The notes under the pieces: model-generated | Told to the model about the DNA's origin: nothing | The model's input: only the letters and a program-made list of their open reading frames with translations | Database searches by the model: none | Made by a program: the position numbers and the translations under genes | Assembly: GCA_964658025.1 (NCBI GenBank) | Contig: CAZZXB010000015.1 | Span: 5,648 to 31,969 of the forward strand | Direction of reading: 5' to 3' | DNA length: 26,322 bases | DNA from: an uncultured Janthinobacterium sp. | Lineage (GTDB): Bacteria; Vulcanimicrobiota; Vulcanimicrobiia; Vulcanimicrobiales; Vulcanimicrobiaceae | In this document: in pieces, positions 16,420 to 26,134 of the stretch | How the letters are laid out: every line of letters begins with the position of its first letter | Numbering within the stretch: the first letter of the stretch is position 1

Positions 16420-17592
16420 TTATGCGTGCGCGGATTTCGCGAGGTCGACCGCGCGACGCGCGCCCTCGTCCATCGTTTCCACGGGATTCATCCCGGCGGC
16501 CGCGAGGATCTCGCGACCCTCTTTTTCGTTCGTCCCCGTGAGGCGCACGACGAGCGGAACCGCGCGCACGTCGCCGCCTTGCAACGCCTGCACGATGCCT
16601 TTCGCGACTTGGTCGCCGCGCGTGATGCCGCCGAAGATGTTGATGAACATCGCCCGCACTTTGGGATCGCTCGTGACGAGTTGGTAACTCTTTTTCACGA
16701 GTTCCGCCTGCGCGCCGCCGCCGATGTCGAGAAAGTTCGCCGCCGTACCACCGGCGTTGCGGATCGCGTCCATCGTGCCCATCCCGAGCCCGGCGCCGTT
16801 CGCGATCACGCCGATATCGCCGTCGAGCTTCGCGTAGTTCGACATGCCGAGCCCGATCGCGACGGCCGCGGCTTGATCTTCGTCGGCCGGACCGTCGTTA
16901 CGCCACGCGGCGACGTCGGGATGCTTGTAGAGGGCGTTGTCGTCGAGTTCGACCTTCGCGTCGCTCGCGATCACCTCGCCCGACTCCGTGAGCACGAGCG
17001 GGTTGATCTCGACGAGATTGGCGCCGTACGTCATGAACGCTTCGTACAGCGCGACGAGGATCTTCGGAAACGCGCGCGCGTAGCCCGCGGGCAATTTCGC
17101 CGCGAACGCGAGACGCCGCGCCTGAAAGGGCTGCAGGCCGATCGCCGGATCGATCCAGAGTTTCGCGATCGCGCTCGGATCGTGTGCCGCGACTTCTTCC
17201 ACGTCCATGCCGCCTTGTGCGGTGACGATCGCGACGGGCTGCTTCGTCGCGCGGTCGATCGTGATCGACGCGTACGCCTCGCTCGCGATCTTCACTTTTT
17301 CCTCGACGAGCAACGAACGGACTTCCTCGCCGTCGGGATTCTGCTCGTTCTTGAGCACCTTGCCGATCAACTCGCGCGCGAACGACGCGGCTTCGTCCGC
17401 CGTGTCGGCGAATTTGATGCCGCCGGCCTTTCCGCGGCCACCCATCATCACCTGACTTTTGATGACCCACGAACCCGGATTTTTTTCGACGAACGTGCGG
17501 ACCTCGTCCGCGCTCGTCGCGAAGACCCCGCGCGGCGTCGGGATGCCGACGCGACGAAATAATTCTTTGCCCTGATACTCGATCAATTTCAC
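16420..17592 (-). CDS. sucC: Succinyl-CoA synthetase beta subunit
   Basis: GTG start at 17592 ([12 protein letters not shown]) with an upstream GGAG. Motifs [56 protein letters not shown] and VRLTGTN. Confidence 0.95.
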   Translation of the reverse strand: MKLIEYQGKELFRRVGIPTPRGVFATSADEVRTFVEKNPGSWVIKSQVMMGGRGKAGGIKFADTADEAASFARELIGKVLKNEQNPDGEEVRSLLVEEKVKIASEAYASITIDRATKQPVAIVTAQGGMDVEEVAAHDPSAIAKLWIDPAIGLQPFQARRLAFAAKLPAGYARAFPKILVALYEAFMTYGANLVEINPLVLTESGEVIASDAKVELDDNALYKHPDVAAWRNDGPADEDQAAAVAIGLGMSNYAKLDGDIGVIANGAGLGMGTMDAIRNAGGTAANFLDIGGGAQAELVKKSYQLVTSDPKVRAMFINIFGGITRGDQVAKGIVQALQGGDVRAVPLVVRLTGTNEKEGREILAAAGMNPVETMDEGARRAVDLAKSAHA

Positions 17593-17680
17593 GACGCGTA
17601 TGTCTCCGTGCGAAGCGTTCGCTCCGATGATTTCGACTACGAAACGGTTTCCCTCGGAGACAAACGTCGCACCGTGCGCG

Positions 17681-18844
17681 TCAGTCGAAGCGACCGAGAA
17701 GCGCGCGCGCGATGATGAGCTGTTGGATCTCGCTCGTCCCTTCGTAGATTTCGGTGATCTTCGCGTCGCGATAGTAACGCTCCACGGGAAACTCCGTGGT
17801 GTACCCGTAGCCGCCGTGGATCTGCACCGCCTCCGACGCGTGCGTTCGCGCCGCGGTCGATGCGAAGAGCTTCGCCTGACTCGCCGCGACCGCATAGGGT
17901 TCGCCGCGATCGCAGAGCGCGGCCGCGCGATAGACGAGCATCCGCGCCGCCTCGAGATCGGTCGCCATCCGCGCGATCTTGAACGAGATCCCCTCGAACG
18001 CCGCGATCGGTCGCCCGAACGCCTCGCGTTCGCGCGCGAACTTCACCGACGCCTCGAGACACGCGGCGAGGATGCCCGTCGCCTGCGCCGCGACGCCGAC
18101 GCGACCCGCCGTCAACGCACCGAGCGCGGAGGAGAGACCGCCGCCTTCGACGCCGACGAGCGCGTCGTGCGGGATCGCGACGTCGTCGAACGCGAGATCG
18201 CACGTGTCGCTCGTGCGGATGCCGAGCTTTTCCGTGACCTTTTCGACGACGATCCCCGGCCGATCCATATCGACGAGAAAGGCGCTGATCCCGCGCGCGC
18301 CCGGACCGCCCGTACGGAACATCCCCATCACGACGCCCGCGTGGGTGCCGTTCGTACACCACTGCTTGCGCCCCGAGAGAAGGTAGCCCGACGGCGTGCG
18401 ACGCGCGGTCGCGGCGATCGCGGCCGCGTCGGATCCGGCCCCGGGTTCGGTGAGCGCGAAGCCCGCGATCACGTTCTCGTTCGCGAGCCGCGGAAGATAG
18501 CGCGCGCGCTGCGCGTCGGTCCCGAGCGTGCGGATCGCCGACGCGATCATCGAATGCACCGAGAGCGTGACCGCCGTCCCCGCATCGACGCGCGCGATCT
18601 CCTCGATCGCGAGCGCGTACGACACGTAATCCGTCCCCGATCCGCCGTACGCTTCCGGAACGACGAGCCCCATGAGACCGGCTTCGGCGAGTTTCGCGTA
18701 CAGATCGCGAGGAAACGCGTGCTCGCGATCCCAGCGCGCGACGTGTGGTGCGATCTCGCGCGACGCGACCGTCCGCGCGAGATCGCCGATCTCGCGCTGT
18801 TCGGGCGAGAGGCTGAAATCGGCGCGTGTCGAGGTTTCGATCAT
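17681..18844 (-). CDS. Short-chain-type acyl-CoA dehydrogenase, 387 aa
   Basis: Motifs FALTEPGAGSD, GRKQWCTNG, KLGIRTSDT, REAFGRPI, QIHGGYGY and RDAKITEIYEGTSEIQ (catalytic Glu). ATG at 18844 with a GGAG RBS. Confidence 0.94.
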   Translation of the reverse strand: MIETSTRADFSLSPEQREIGDLARTVASREIAPHVARWDREHAFPRDLYAKLAEAGLMGLVVPEAYGGSGTDYVSYALAIEEIARVDAGTAVTLSVHSMIASAIRTLGTDAQRARYLPRLANENVIAGFALTEPGAGSDAAAIAATARRTPSGYLLSGRKQWCTNGTHAGVVMGMFRTGGPGARGISAFLVDMDRPGIVVEKVTEKLGIRTSDTCDLAFDDVAIPHDALVGVEGGGLSSALGALTAGRVGVAAQATGILAACLEASVKFAREREAFGRPIAAFEGISFKIARMATDLEAARMLVYRAAALCDRGEPYAVAASQAKLFASTAARTHASEAVQIHGGYGYTTEFPVERYYRDAKITEIYEGTSEIQQLIIARALLGRFD

Positions 18845-18845
18845 A

Positions 18846-19748
18846 TCAACTCTCCGCGAACGTCGGTACTCCTCCGGATCCCAAATCCGTTCGCGGCGAC
18901 TTATGTCCCTCCGACCAAGCGTAGAAACCACGCCCCGTCTTGCGCCCGAACCACCCCGCCGCGACGTACTCGCGCAATAACGGCGAGGCGCGATATTTGG
19001 AGTCGCCGAAACCGTCGTAGAGCACGTCGAGGATCGCGGCGAGCGTGTCGAGGCCGATGTAATCGGCGAGTTCGAGCGGACCCATCGGATGGTTCATGCC
19101 GAGCTTCATCACCGTATCGATCGCCTCGACGGTACCGACGCCTTCGTGCAGGGCGAAGATCGCTTCGTTCAACATCGGACACAAGATCCGATTCGAGATG
19201 AAGCCGGGATAGTTGCGCGCTTCGACGGGCGTCTTACCGTGTCGGATCGCGAGCGAACGTATGACGTCGAACGTTGCGGGTGCGGTCGCGATCCCGCGCA
19301 CGATCTCGACGAGGGCCATCACGGGAACGGGATTCATGTAGTGCATGCCGATCACGCGTTCGGGTCGCGCGGTCGCGGCCGCGAGCTTCGTGATCGAGAT
19401 CGAGGACGTATTGCTCGCGAGGATCGCCTGCGGCGGCGTCGACTCGTCGAGCTTGCGAAAGATCTCGCACTTGAGATCGTAGCGCTCGGTCGCCGCTTCG
19501 ATCGCGACCGCGACGTCGAACGGTCGCCACGCATCGGCGGGCGTTATGCGCGCGAGCGCGGCGTCGCGCGCTTCCGCCGTGAGCCGACCCTTCTCGACGC
19601 CGCGATCCATCTGCTTGCGCATCGCCGCGAGCGCGGCTTCGACGAGACGCGCTTCGCGATCGAGTAGGATCACGTCGTCGCCCGCGAGCGCGGCGACGTG
19701 CGCGATGCCGGCGCCCATCTGGCCGGCACCGACGACGAGAACGTTCAC
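18846..19748 (-). CDS. hbd: 3-hydroxybutyryl-CoA (3-hydroxyacyl-CoA) dehydrogenase
   Basis: Motifs GAGQMGAGIA, IEAATE, ASNTSSISIT, GMHYMNPVPVM, PGFISNR, HPMGPLELAD.IGLD and GRKTGRGFY. Confidence 0.93.
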   Translation of the reverse strand: MNVLVVGAGQMGAGIAHVAALAGDDVILLDREARLVEAALAAMRKQMDRGVEKGRLTAEARDAALARITPADAWRPFDVAVAIEAATERYDLKCEIFRKLDESTPPQAILASNTSSISITKLAAATARPERVIGMHYMNPVPVMALVEIVRGIATAPATFDVIRSLAIRHGKTPVEARNYPGFISNRILCPMLNEAIFALHEGVGTVEAIDTVMKLGMNHPMGPLELADYIGLDTLAAILDVLYDGFGDSKYRASPLLREYVAAGWFGRKTGRGFYAWSEGHKSPRTDLGSGGVPTFAES

Positions 19749-19751
19749 GAC

Positions 19752-21086
19752 TTAACCGACTTTGACGAGAAGCGCGTCGCCCTGGCCGCCGCCGCTGCAG
19801 ATCGCGGCGACGCCGTACCCGCCGCCGCGGCGCATCAACTGACGCACGACCGACGCGACGATCCGCGCGCCCGACGCGCCGACCGGATGGCCGAGCGCGA
19901 CCGCGCCGCCGTGCGCGTTGATCGCGCGCGGATCGAGCCCGAGTTGGTTCGCCGTGCTCCACGCGACGGCCGCGAACGCCTCGTTCACTTCCCACACGTG
20001 GATGTCGGTCGTCGCGAGCCCGTGCCGCTCGAGGAGGATGCGCGACGCCATCGCGGGCGTGAGCGCGAGATACGCCGGATCCCACGACGCGTCGGCGTGA
20101 TCGACGATCGTGCCGAGGATCTCGCGACCGTTCGCGCGCGCGTAGTCTTCGCTCGCGAGCACGAGCGCCGCCGCACCGTCGTTGACGCCCGGCGCGTTGC
20201 CGGCGGTCACCGTGCCGTCTTTGTCGAGCGGCGGGAGCTTCGCCATCGCCTCGAGCGAGGCGTCGGCGCGGATCGGTTCGTCCTTGTCGACGAGCGTGTG
20301 CGGCACGTCGCCCGTGACGTACGACGCATACCGCGCCGCCTGCGCCTGGAGATGCTCGGGCGCTTCGTGGAAAAGCTTATCGGGGACGTTCGCACCGGCG
20401 GTTACGGGAACGCGCGCACGCGCCATCGCCGGAAGTTCGTCGACGACGAGCTTCCCTTTCGCCTTCGTCGCGACGCGAAGCGGGACGATCTCTTCGGCGA
20501 AGATGCCGTCGACCGTCGCCTTGTGCGCGCGCTGATGCGAGAGATACGCGAACTCGTCTTGCACGGCGCGCGTGATGCCGAGATCGGCGTTGACGCGCGT
20601 TTGCGCCTGCGCCATCGTCCAACCGGAATACGGATCGAGGAGCGCGTCGTAATTCATCAGGTCGAGGAGCTCGCCGTCGCCGAACCGGTAACCGAAGCGC
20701 GCGTTTTTGAGCGCGTACGGTGCGTTCGACATCGATTCCATGCCGCCGGCGACGCCGACGGTCTTCGCGCCCGCCGCGATGAGACGCATGAGGTGCGCGA
20801 CCGAGATCAGTCCCGAAGCGCAGACCTTGTTCGGCGTCTCGAAGGTCGCCGTTTTCGAGAGCCCCGCTTTGAAGAGCGCCTGGCGCGCGGGGGCTTGGCC
20901 ATTCGTGGCTTGGATCACGTTGCCCATCACGACGTGCTCGATCTCCGCGGGGTCGAGCCCGGAACGCGAAACGGCGGCGCGGATCGCCTCGCCCCCGAGC
21001 GTCGTCGCCGAGAGTGAGGAAAGCGCGCCGCCGAGCTTACCGAACGGCGTGCGGGCGGAACTGAGAACGACGGTTCGACTCGACAT
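19752..21086 (-). CDS. Acetyl-CoA C-acetyltransferase (thiolase), 444 aa, with an internal insertion
   Basis: Motifs RTPFG, NKVCASGL (nucleophile Cys), GGMESMS, TAGNA.GVNDGA, EVNEAFA, GHPVGASG and ICSGGGQG. ATG at 21086 with an upstream GAGGAG. Confidence 0.95.
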   Translation of the reverse strand: MSSRTVVLSSARTPFGKLGGALSSLSATTLGGEAIRAAVSRSGLDPAEIEHVVMGNVIQATNGQAPARQALFKAGLSKTATFETPNKVCASGLISVAHLMRLIAAGAKTVGVAGGMESMSNAPYALKNARFGYRFGDGELLDLMNYDALLDPYSGWTMAQAQTRVNADLGITRAVQDEFAYLSHQRAHKATVDGIFAEEIVPLRVATKAKGKLVVDELPAMARARVPVTAGANVPDKLFHEAPEHLQAQAARYASYVTGDVPHTLVDKDEPIRADASLEAMAKLPPLDKDGTVTAGNAPGVNDGAAALVLASEDYARANGREILGTIVDHADASWDPAYLALTPAMASRILLERHGLATTDIHVWEVNEAFAAVAWSTANQLGLDPRAINAHGGAVALGHPVGASGARIVASVVRQLMRRGGGYGVAAICSGGGQGDALLVKVG

Positions 21087-21206
21087 ATGGCGTACTTTCT
21101 CCTCACGATCGAAGCCTGTTTGGGACACGACCGCGTTCGTTTCTCGCAATCCTAAGTCCGGTACTTCAATCCGTATGCGTTCGCTTTGCGGAATACGCCG
21201 CTACAA

Positions 21207-21242
21207 CGCGCTCGAGAGCTTCGGCAGCCGCCCTCGAGCGCG
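21207..21242 (-). terminator. Terminator-like hairpin after the lipoprotein gene
   Basis: Perfect 10-bp stem CGCGCTCGAG / CTCGAGCGCG with a 16-nt loop, 11 nt after the stop. Weak U-tract. Confidence 0.55.
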
Positions 21243-21253
21243 CATCGAGATTT

Positions 21254-22549
21254 CTACCGCTGACGGAACGAACTCGCGACCCGACGAGCGATCGAAGAAA
21301 GCACGCCGTTCGTCCCCTGAGCGTGAAGCGGTGAAGACGAAATTGTGATGTCGTCCTCACCTCTACCGCCCAAGATCGTCGGAGCGGGTTTGCCGAGGCT
21401 TTGCGGATAGGACGCTTCATAGATCGGATAATCGAATCCGATCCCTTGCACGGTGAATTGATCGCCGGGCGTCGCCGCTTTGTTTGCGGTGGTGTTGAGG
21501 GCGGTCGTGCAGAGCGACGGCGTTGCGCCCGGCCCGAGAAGCGGACCGAGCGCGACGGTGCCGGAAGCCGCGACGGCGATCGTGTAATAGATCGGTGCCG
21601 TCGCCGACGCACCGTTACAACTAGACGATCCCTTAACCGACGGGCCGATATCGACGATTTGAATGTACGCTTCGGTAACCCCGACGGGAAGCGTGACGGC
21701 GAACGTGGCGCCGCCGTCGTTATTTGCATCGAGCGCCGGTACGGGCGGCGTAAACGCAGGCAGGACCGTCGGCGCAGCGGGCAACGTCGCGGACTTGGCC
21801 TGCGTCGTGGTACCGGTGTTCGCGGGTACTGAGACGCTCAAGGTATATGTCCCGCCCACGGGAGCGACGCTCGCGAACACGTCGATCCCTTCGCTGATAC
21901 CCGACGTTCCCGCCGGAACGGTTCCGTTGCCGACCGGCGATCCAACGATCCCGGTGTAGTTGAATGCCGGCGGCCCGCCCCACGCAGCCCCGAGTTGATT
22001 GGGATCCATTGCGACCGTGTCGTAAAGCGGGACGGAATAGGGCACATTGGTGGTCGGGGCTCCGCCGGAAGTATAGTTGAACGGTTCTATTCCGAGACCC
22101 GAGACTTGGCCGGAGAGACCGAATGTCGAAAGCGTTGTCGACCCTCCGACCTGCGCCGTCGGCGTCATCGCCGTTTTTCCGACTTCGCTCGGCGCCGGTC
22201 CGGTTGCGATCGTCGATGTCGCATCAACGGTTCCCGCGCTGCCCGCGGTTGCCGGGAGTGCGCCGGGGAGCGTTAGCGTCGGCGAGTTAACGGCGGTTCC
22301 GCTCGCTCCGGGATCCGTCGCTCCCGCCGGCTGACGGTACGTCGCTACGACGTTGAGCCCGGTAAGCGCTCCCCCGGCTCCCGCGAGGTCGCCGTAAACG
22401 TTGGCCGTACCGACGGCGAACTGTAAGACGTTACCGGCGACATTCGCCTGCGTCGGTGGTGTGAGCGGATTTTGACCCGAACTCGAGCAAGCCGCGAGGC
22501 CGACAGCGAGCGCGAGACCGAAAGAGACCGAGGTTCTGCTGATCGTCAT
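21254..22549 (-). CDS. TBDR-associated lipoprotein of unknown family, 431 aa
   Basis: Lipobox LAA-C21 and a Gly/Ala/Thr/Pro-rich, beta-type composition. It starts 14 nt after the TBDR 2 stop, with an AGGAAG RBS. Confidence 0.85.
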   Translation of the reverse strand: MTISRTSVSFGLALAVGLAACSSSGQNPLTPPTQANVAGNVLQFAVGTANVYGDLAGAGGALTGLNVVATYRQPAGATDPGASGTAVNSPTLTLPGALPATAGSAGTVDATSTIATGPAPSEVGKTAMTPTAQVGGSTTLSTFGLSGQVSGLGIEPFNYTSGGAPTTNVPYSVPLYDTVAMDPNQLGAAWGGPPAFNYTGIVGSPVGNGTVPAGTSGISEGIDVFASVAPVGGTYTLSVSVPANTGTTTQAKSATLPAAPTVLPAFTPPVPALDANNDGGATFAVTLPVGVTEAYIQIVDIGPSVKGSSSCNGASATAPIYYTIAVAASGTVALGPLLGPGATPSLCTTALNTTANKAATPGDQFTVQGIGFDYPIYEASYPQSLGKPAPTILGGRGEDDITISSSPLHAQGTNGVLSSIARRVASSFRQR

Positions 22550-22563
22550 GTTCGCTTCCTACG

Positions 22564-25500
22564 TTAAAGCGCCAGATTGTAGTAAACTTGGAAGTTCAAT
22601 GGCGCCAACGGAGCCAGCTGGTAGCCTTCGACGTTTCCGTTACTGAGGAGATACGCGCCATTTTTGTAAGCGTATGTATTCTTCGGAATGTTCGCGCAAC
22701 CGTGAGCGGTACTTCCACCGCACGTCGTGTTATAGCCCGTCAGCGGGCCCGAGAGACCCGACGCAACGGGTTGATAGAACGGGTTGATCAACGGGATCGC
22801 TCCGTTGTACGAGTTTCCGAACAAATTATCGAACTGAACGCCGAGCGCGTTGCGACCGATTTTGTACTGGAAATTGAGACTCGCGTTGAGATTTGGCGTC
22901 CAAAGCTTTCCGCCGCTATTTGACGTCGACGGCGTACCACGATTGAATGCGCTGTTCGGATTCGTAGTCGTCCCGGAATACGCCGGGTCGTAGTAGTTGG
23001 TCGAAAGCGCGGCACCGGCTTGCTGATAGAACCCGACGATGATCGGCGCTCCGCCGCCGAAGTTCACCTGCGGTACGTTTCCGTAGATCGGATTGCCTTT
23101 GGCGTCGGTTCCGATCTGCGCCGCGATGAGATTCCCTTCGCTGTAAGGGAAGCCGAGGTCGAACTGCAGGACCGGCGTAACCGTAAAGCCGTTTTTCGTC
23201 TTGAGCGTCGCGCCGGTTCGTAGGCTAAACGGCGAAACATAACCCGCGCGATACGTGTTCCCGAGCGCCAACGTTGCGGTAGAAAGCGTCGGCGTACCGT
23301 TCGCTTCGAAGTTCGAGAGAGGCGGAGCCGATTGCAGCACGTTTTGGTACGTCGCCGCGAGAAATCCCGAGATCCCCACGGGGCGTTCAGGCGTCGTGAC
23401 GTCAAGTTCGGCGCCCGTCGTGCGGTTAAATCCCTTCGACGAACCGGCAAAGATCTGACCTCCGTTCGGAAGGGTTTCGAGCAACGACGCGGACGGGAGG
23501 TTTGTTCCCAGGCGGTAGAACCCGGTTGTTCGCGCGGCCCAGCCATTGCGGAACTGGTGCGCGAAGCTCAAGTCGTAGTTGCTGTAATTCGCCGGATAGA
23601 TACCGCCGGCATCCGGAGCATCGAGGTGGCGATCGATCGACCAATAAAACTGTTGGCCATAGCTCGTGCAGGGAAAGAACGTGCCGAACGAAGTTCCGCA
23701 TGCAAACCCCGGCTTCGGTGGAATTTTATAAAACGCTGTGGGAATACCATACACGCCGAGCGGCGTGCCCGCATCCTGCGCATTCGAGAATACGGCGGAG
23801 CGCCCGTACGAAGCGCGCACGGAATCGTTACGGCCGAGTTCATAGCTTACCGCGAAGCGCGGTTCGACTTCCGTCGGATTGGTGACGTTCTTCGAAAATT
23901 GGCCCGCCGGGACGTCGAACGGATTGCCGCCCTCGTTAAGCGGGTTGTTCGGGTTGATGAAGTGTTCGTTCTGACCTTCGTAGCGGACGCCGAAGTCGAA
24001 CTTCAGCGGTGCGACCGGATTGTATTGAAAGCGAACGCCCCCGCCGTACTGTTGGAAATACGTTCCGTTGAAGTTGATGCCGAACACAGGGAGACGACCC
24101 GGGCCGTTAGGAAGGAGCGACGCGAACTTCGATAGATACCCGCCGGGTTCGAAGTCTAAGTACGACGGACTGTTCGCGCCATCGGCGTCGCTCGCGTTAA
24201 AGGCCGCACCCAGTGGCGTGATATTGGCTTGGTAGTCGTTCCAGATAGGATGCAACGTCTCGTATAGACCGTTGACGGTCACCGTGAGCTTCGAGCCGAA
24301 CTGTCTCGTGAGATCGAGACTTCCTCCCGTCGTCGGACCTCCGACGACCGACACGGTTCCGGTGTTGCCGTTGATCGGTCCGAGACTATAGTTCGTGTCG
24401 CTGTACGTGTAGTTAGACCAGTTGTAGTAGCGCAAAGCGACATACGTGTTAGCGTCGAGGTTATTGTCGTATTCGAATTTCAAGAACTCGGTCTGCTGGC
24501 TCGAGTTTTGCTGGTTTACATCCGGACGCACGTTCGTCGCGGGAGTGCCGGGATTGAGACCGATCAAACTCGAGTAGTTTGGAATTCCTACGAAATTCGT
24601 CGCCGGGTTGTACGGATAGTACGCGAGACCGGCGGGATTGTTCGTGGGATCGTAAGTTCCGAGGTTGATGCCACCGAGGTTACCCTGGTTTTCGGTGTAG
24701 ACGTTCGTGTAGAGAAACTGGAGCGACTGATTGTTGTTGTGGCCGAATTTCAGGATCAGGTTGTTCAGGAACTGATCGTTGGCTCGTGACGAATCCCCGA
24801 AGAAGTTTCCGTAATCGGCGGCGGGCGTCGCGCGATACGGCTGAAAGCGTTCGCCGTTTACGGCAAGATAATCGGAGAACGAGCCGTTCTTCGTCGCGAA
24901 ACCGAACTCGCCCGAGGCTTGGTGGTAGAAATTCGGACCACCGATCGCCCCATTGATGTATCCGAACGACGGATAGGTGCCGCGCTTGGGGATGACGTTG
25001 ATGACGCCCGAGCCGACGAGACCCTGTGACGCATCTCCCGCGCCTTCGACGACTTGGACGGACCCGAGCCCGTTGACTAAACCCGCTGAGCCATTTCCGG
25101 ATAGAAACGGTTCGTCGAACGACACGCCGTCGAATTGGTATCCGACTTCCGTGAGTCGGCTGCCGCGGATCGTCGGGTTACCGGTGTAACTCTTCGTGAC
25201 GCCCGGCGCGGCGAGTAAGACGTTGTTTTCATCGGTTTGCGCAACGCGACCGGCGGACTGCTCGATCCGTGCACCGGAGATCGTGTAAGAATCGGTCGTC
25301 TGATTTGGCTGGAAAGCACCGGAAGCCGAACGCGACGTCACCTTTCCGATCGTGCGAAGTTCTCTCGCGACCGTCACGTTTCCGAGCGAGAGCGTGTTGT
25401 CGCCGGCAATCGTGATACCGGATTCGGAAAGCGGTTCGTATCCTTTAGCCTCGATCGAAAGCGTATACGTATCGACCGGGACGCCGAGGAGCGAAAAAAA

Positions 25501-25740
25501 TCCCGATCCGTTCGTCGTCGCGCGATAGGTGCCGCTCGGCGCCGCGAGGTTCACCGTAACGCCGACGACAGGCTTACGAGTTCCGGCCTCGACGACGGTA
25601 CCCGAGATGCCACCGGTCTGTCCGCCGGCGGCGAGCGTCGGCGCGATCGAGCCGGCGACAAAGCTCAAAACGATGGCCGCGGCAAAGAGAAAACGGATCG
25701 GCGATTGCGCGCCGATATGAAAAAAGAGACGTCGTGTCAT
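22564..25740 (-). CDS. TonB-dependent receptor with N-terminal carboxypeptidase-regulatory-like domain, 1058 aa (paralogue of TBDR 1)
   Basis: GGISGTV...TNGSGFFSLLGVPVDTYTLSIE, IRGS.....YQFDG, SGVINVIPKRG, FGVRYE, EPRFAVSY, RASYGR, GAELD and C-terminal FQVYYNLAL. GGAG RBS. Confidence 0.9.
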   Translation of the reverse strand: MTRRLFFHIGAQSPIRFLFAAAIVLSFVAGSIAPTLAAGGQTGGISGTVVEAGTRKPVVGVTVNLAAPSGTYRATTNGSGFFSLLGVPVDTYTLSIEAKGYEPLSESGITIAGDNTLSLGNVTVARELRTIGKVTSRSASGAFQPNQTTDSYTISGARIEQSAGRVAQTDENNVLLAAPGVTKSYTGNPTIRGSRLTEVGYQFDGVSFDEPFLSGNGSAGLVNGLGSVQVVEGAGDASQGLVGSGVINVIPKRGTYPSFGYINGAIGGPNFYHQASGEFGFATKNGSFSDYLAVNGERFQPYRATPAADYGNFFGDSSRANDQFLNNLILKFGHNNNQSLQFLYTNVYTENQGNLGGINLGTYDPTNNPAGLAYYPYNPATNFVGIPNYSSLIGLNPGTPATNVRPDVNQQNSSQQTEFLKFEYDNNLDANTYVALRYYNWSNYTYSDTNYSLGPINGNTGTVSVVGGPTTGGSLDLTRQFGSKLTVTVNGLYETLHPIWNDYQANITPLGAAFNASDADGANSPSYLDFEPGGYLSKFASLLPNGPGRLPVFGINFNGTYFQQYGGGVRFQYNPVAPLKFDFGVRYEGQNEHFINPNNPLNEGGNPFDVPAGQFSKNVTNPTEVEPRFAVSYELGRNDSVRASYGRSAVFSNAQDAGTPLGVYGIPTAFYKIPPKPGFACGTSFGTFFPCTSYGQQFYWSIDRHLDAPDAGGIYPANYSNYDLSFAHQFRNGWAARTTGFYRLGTNLPSASLLETLPNGGQIFAGSSKGFNRTTGAELDVTTPERPVGISGFLAATYQNVLQSAPPLSNFEANGTPTLSTATLALGNTYRAGYVSPFSLRTGATLKTKNGFTVTPVLQFDLGFPYSEGNLIAAQIGTDAKGNPIYGNVPQVNFGGGAPIIVGFYQQAGAALSTNYYDPAYSGTTTNPNSAFNRGTPSTSNSGGKLWTPNLNASLNFQYKIGRNALGVQFDNLFGNSYNGAIPLINPFYQPVASGLSGPLTGYNTTCGGSTAHGCANIPKNTYAYKNGAYLLSNGNVEGYQLAPLAPLNFQVYYNLAL

Positions 25741-26045
25741 GAGATCTCCAATTAAGTTTGTCTGACGACGTCACGAGCAACACGGCCAATTCGAACCTAT
25801 TGTTAAAATAGCAGAACGAAGATACCGGAACCCACGGCGGCTTGCGGCCAAGGCTTCTCGTCCGTTGCCTTAACGCCTTTTAAGAATCATTAGAACCTGG
25901 CAGATACTCAACCGCATCGGATCTCGGACGTACGACGCGACCACGTGCCAAATTCGACGTCGCACTTACCGGAAGCAATCGTTTTGCGATCGCATCGCGT
26001 TCTCGTCGCTATTGCACGATCACTTTAGGGCTGTGATCGAACGGA

Positions 26046-26083
26046 ACCCGCTGGCTCGTTGCGCGAAGCGAGAGCCAGCGGGT
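26046..26083 (-). terminator. Terminator-like hairpin after the right-edge gene
   Basis: Perfect 12-bp stem ACCCGCTGGCTC / GAGCCAGCGGGT with a 14-nt loop. Weak U-tract. Confidence 0.55.
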
Positions 26084-26134
26084 CTTACCGAGCGTTTGAC
26101 CCCGAAACCGTTTCCATCGTTCGGGCGGCGTCCC

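Noticed and set aside
1680..21017. Long antisense or alternate-frame ORFs such as 1680..3092, 5816..7240, 16264..17562, 17600..19201 and 19698..21017
   Set aside because: They are Arg/Ala-rich shadow frames of well-supported genes, expected at high GC.
11638..25740. TBDR and lipoprotein genes as a horizontally acquired island because they look lower in GC
   Set aside because: There is no integrase, transposase, tRNA or flanking direct repeat. Asn/Tyr/Phe/Thr-rich composition explains much of the shift, though GC3 was not computed.
25741..26045. Riboswitch (cobalamin, TPP, c-di-GMP) or SOS box upstream of TBDR 2
   Set aside because: I see no conserved riboswitch core, and GAACCTATTGTT at about 25793 lacks a correctly spaced GTTC half-site. 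An Infernal/Rfam scan would settle the riboswitch question.
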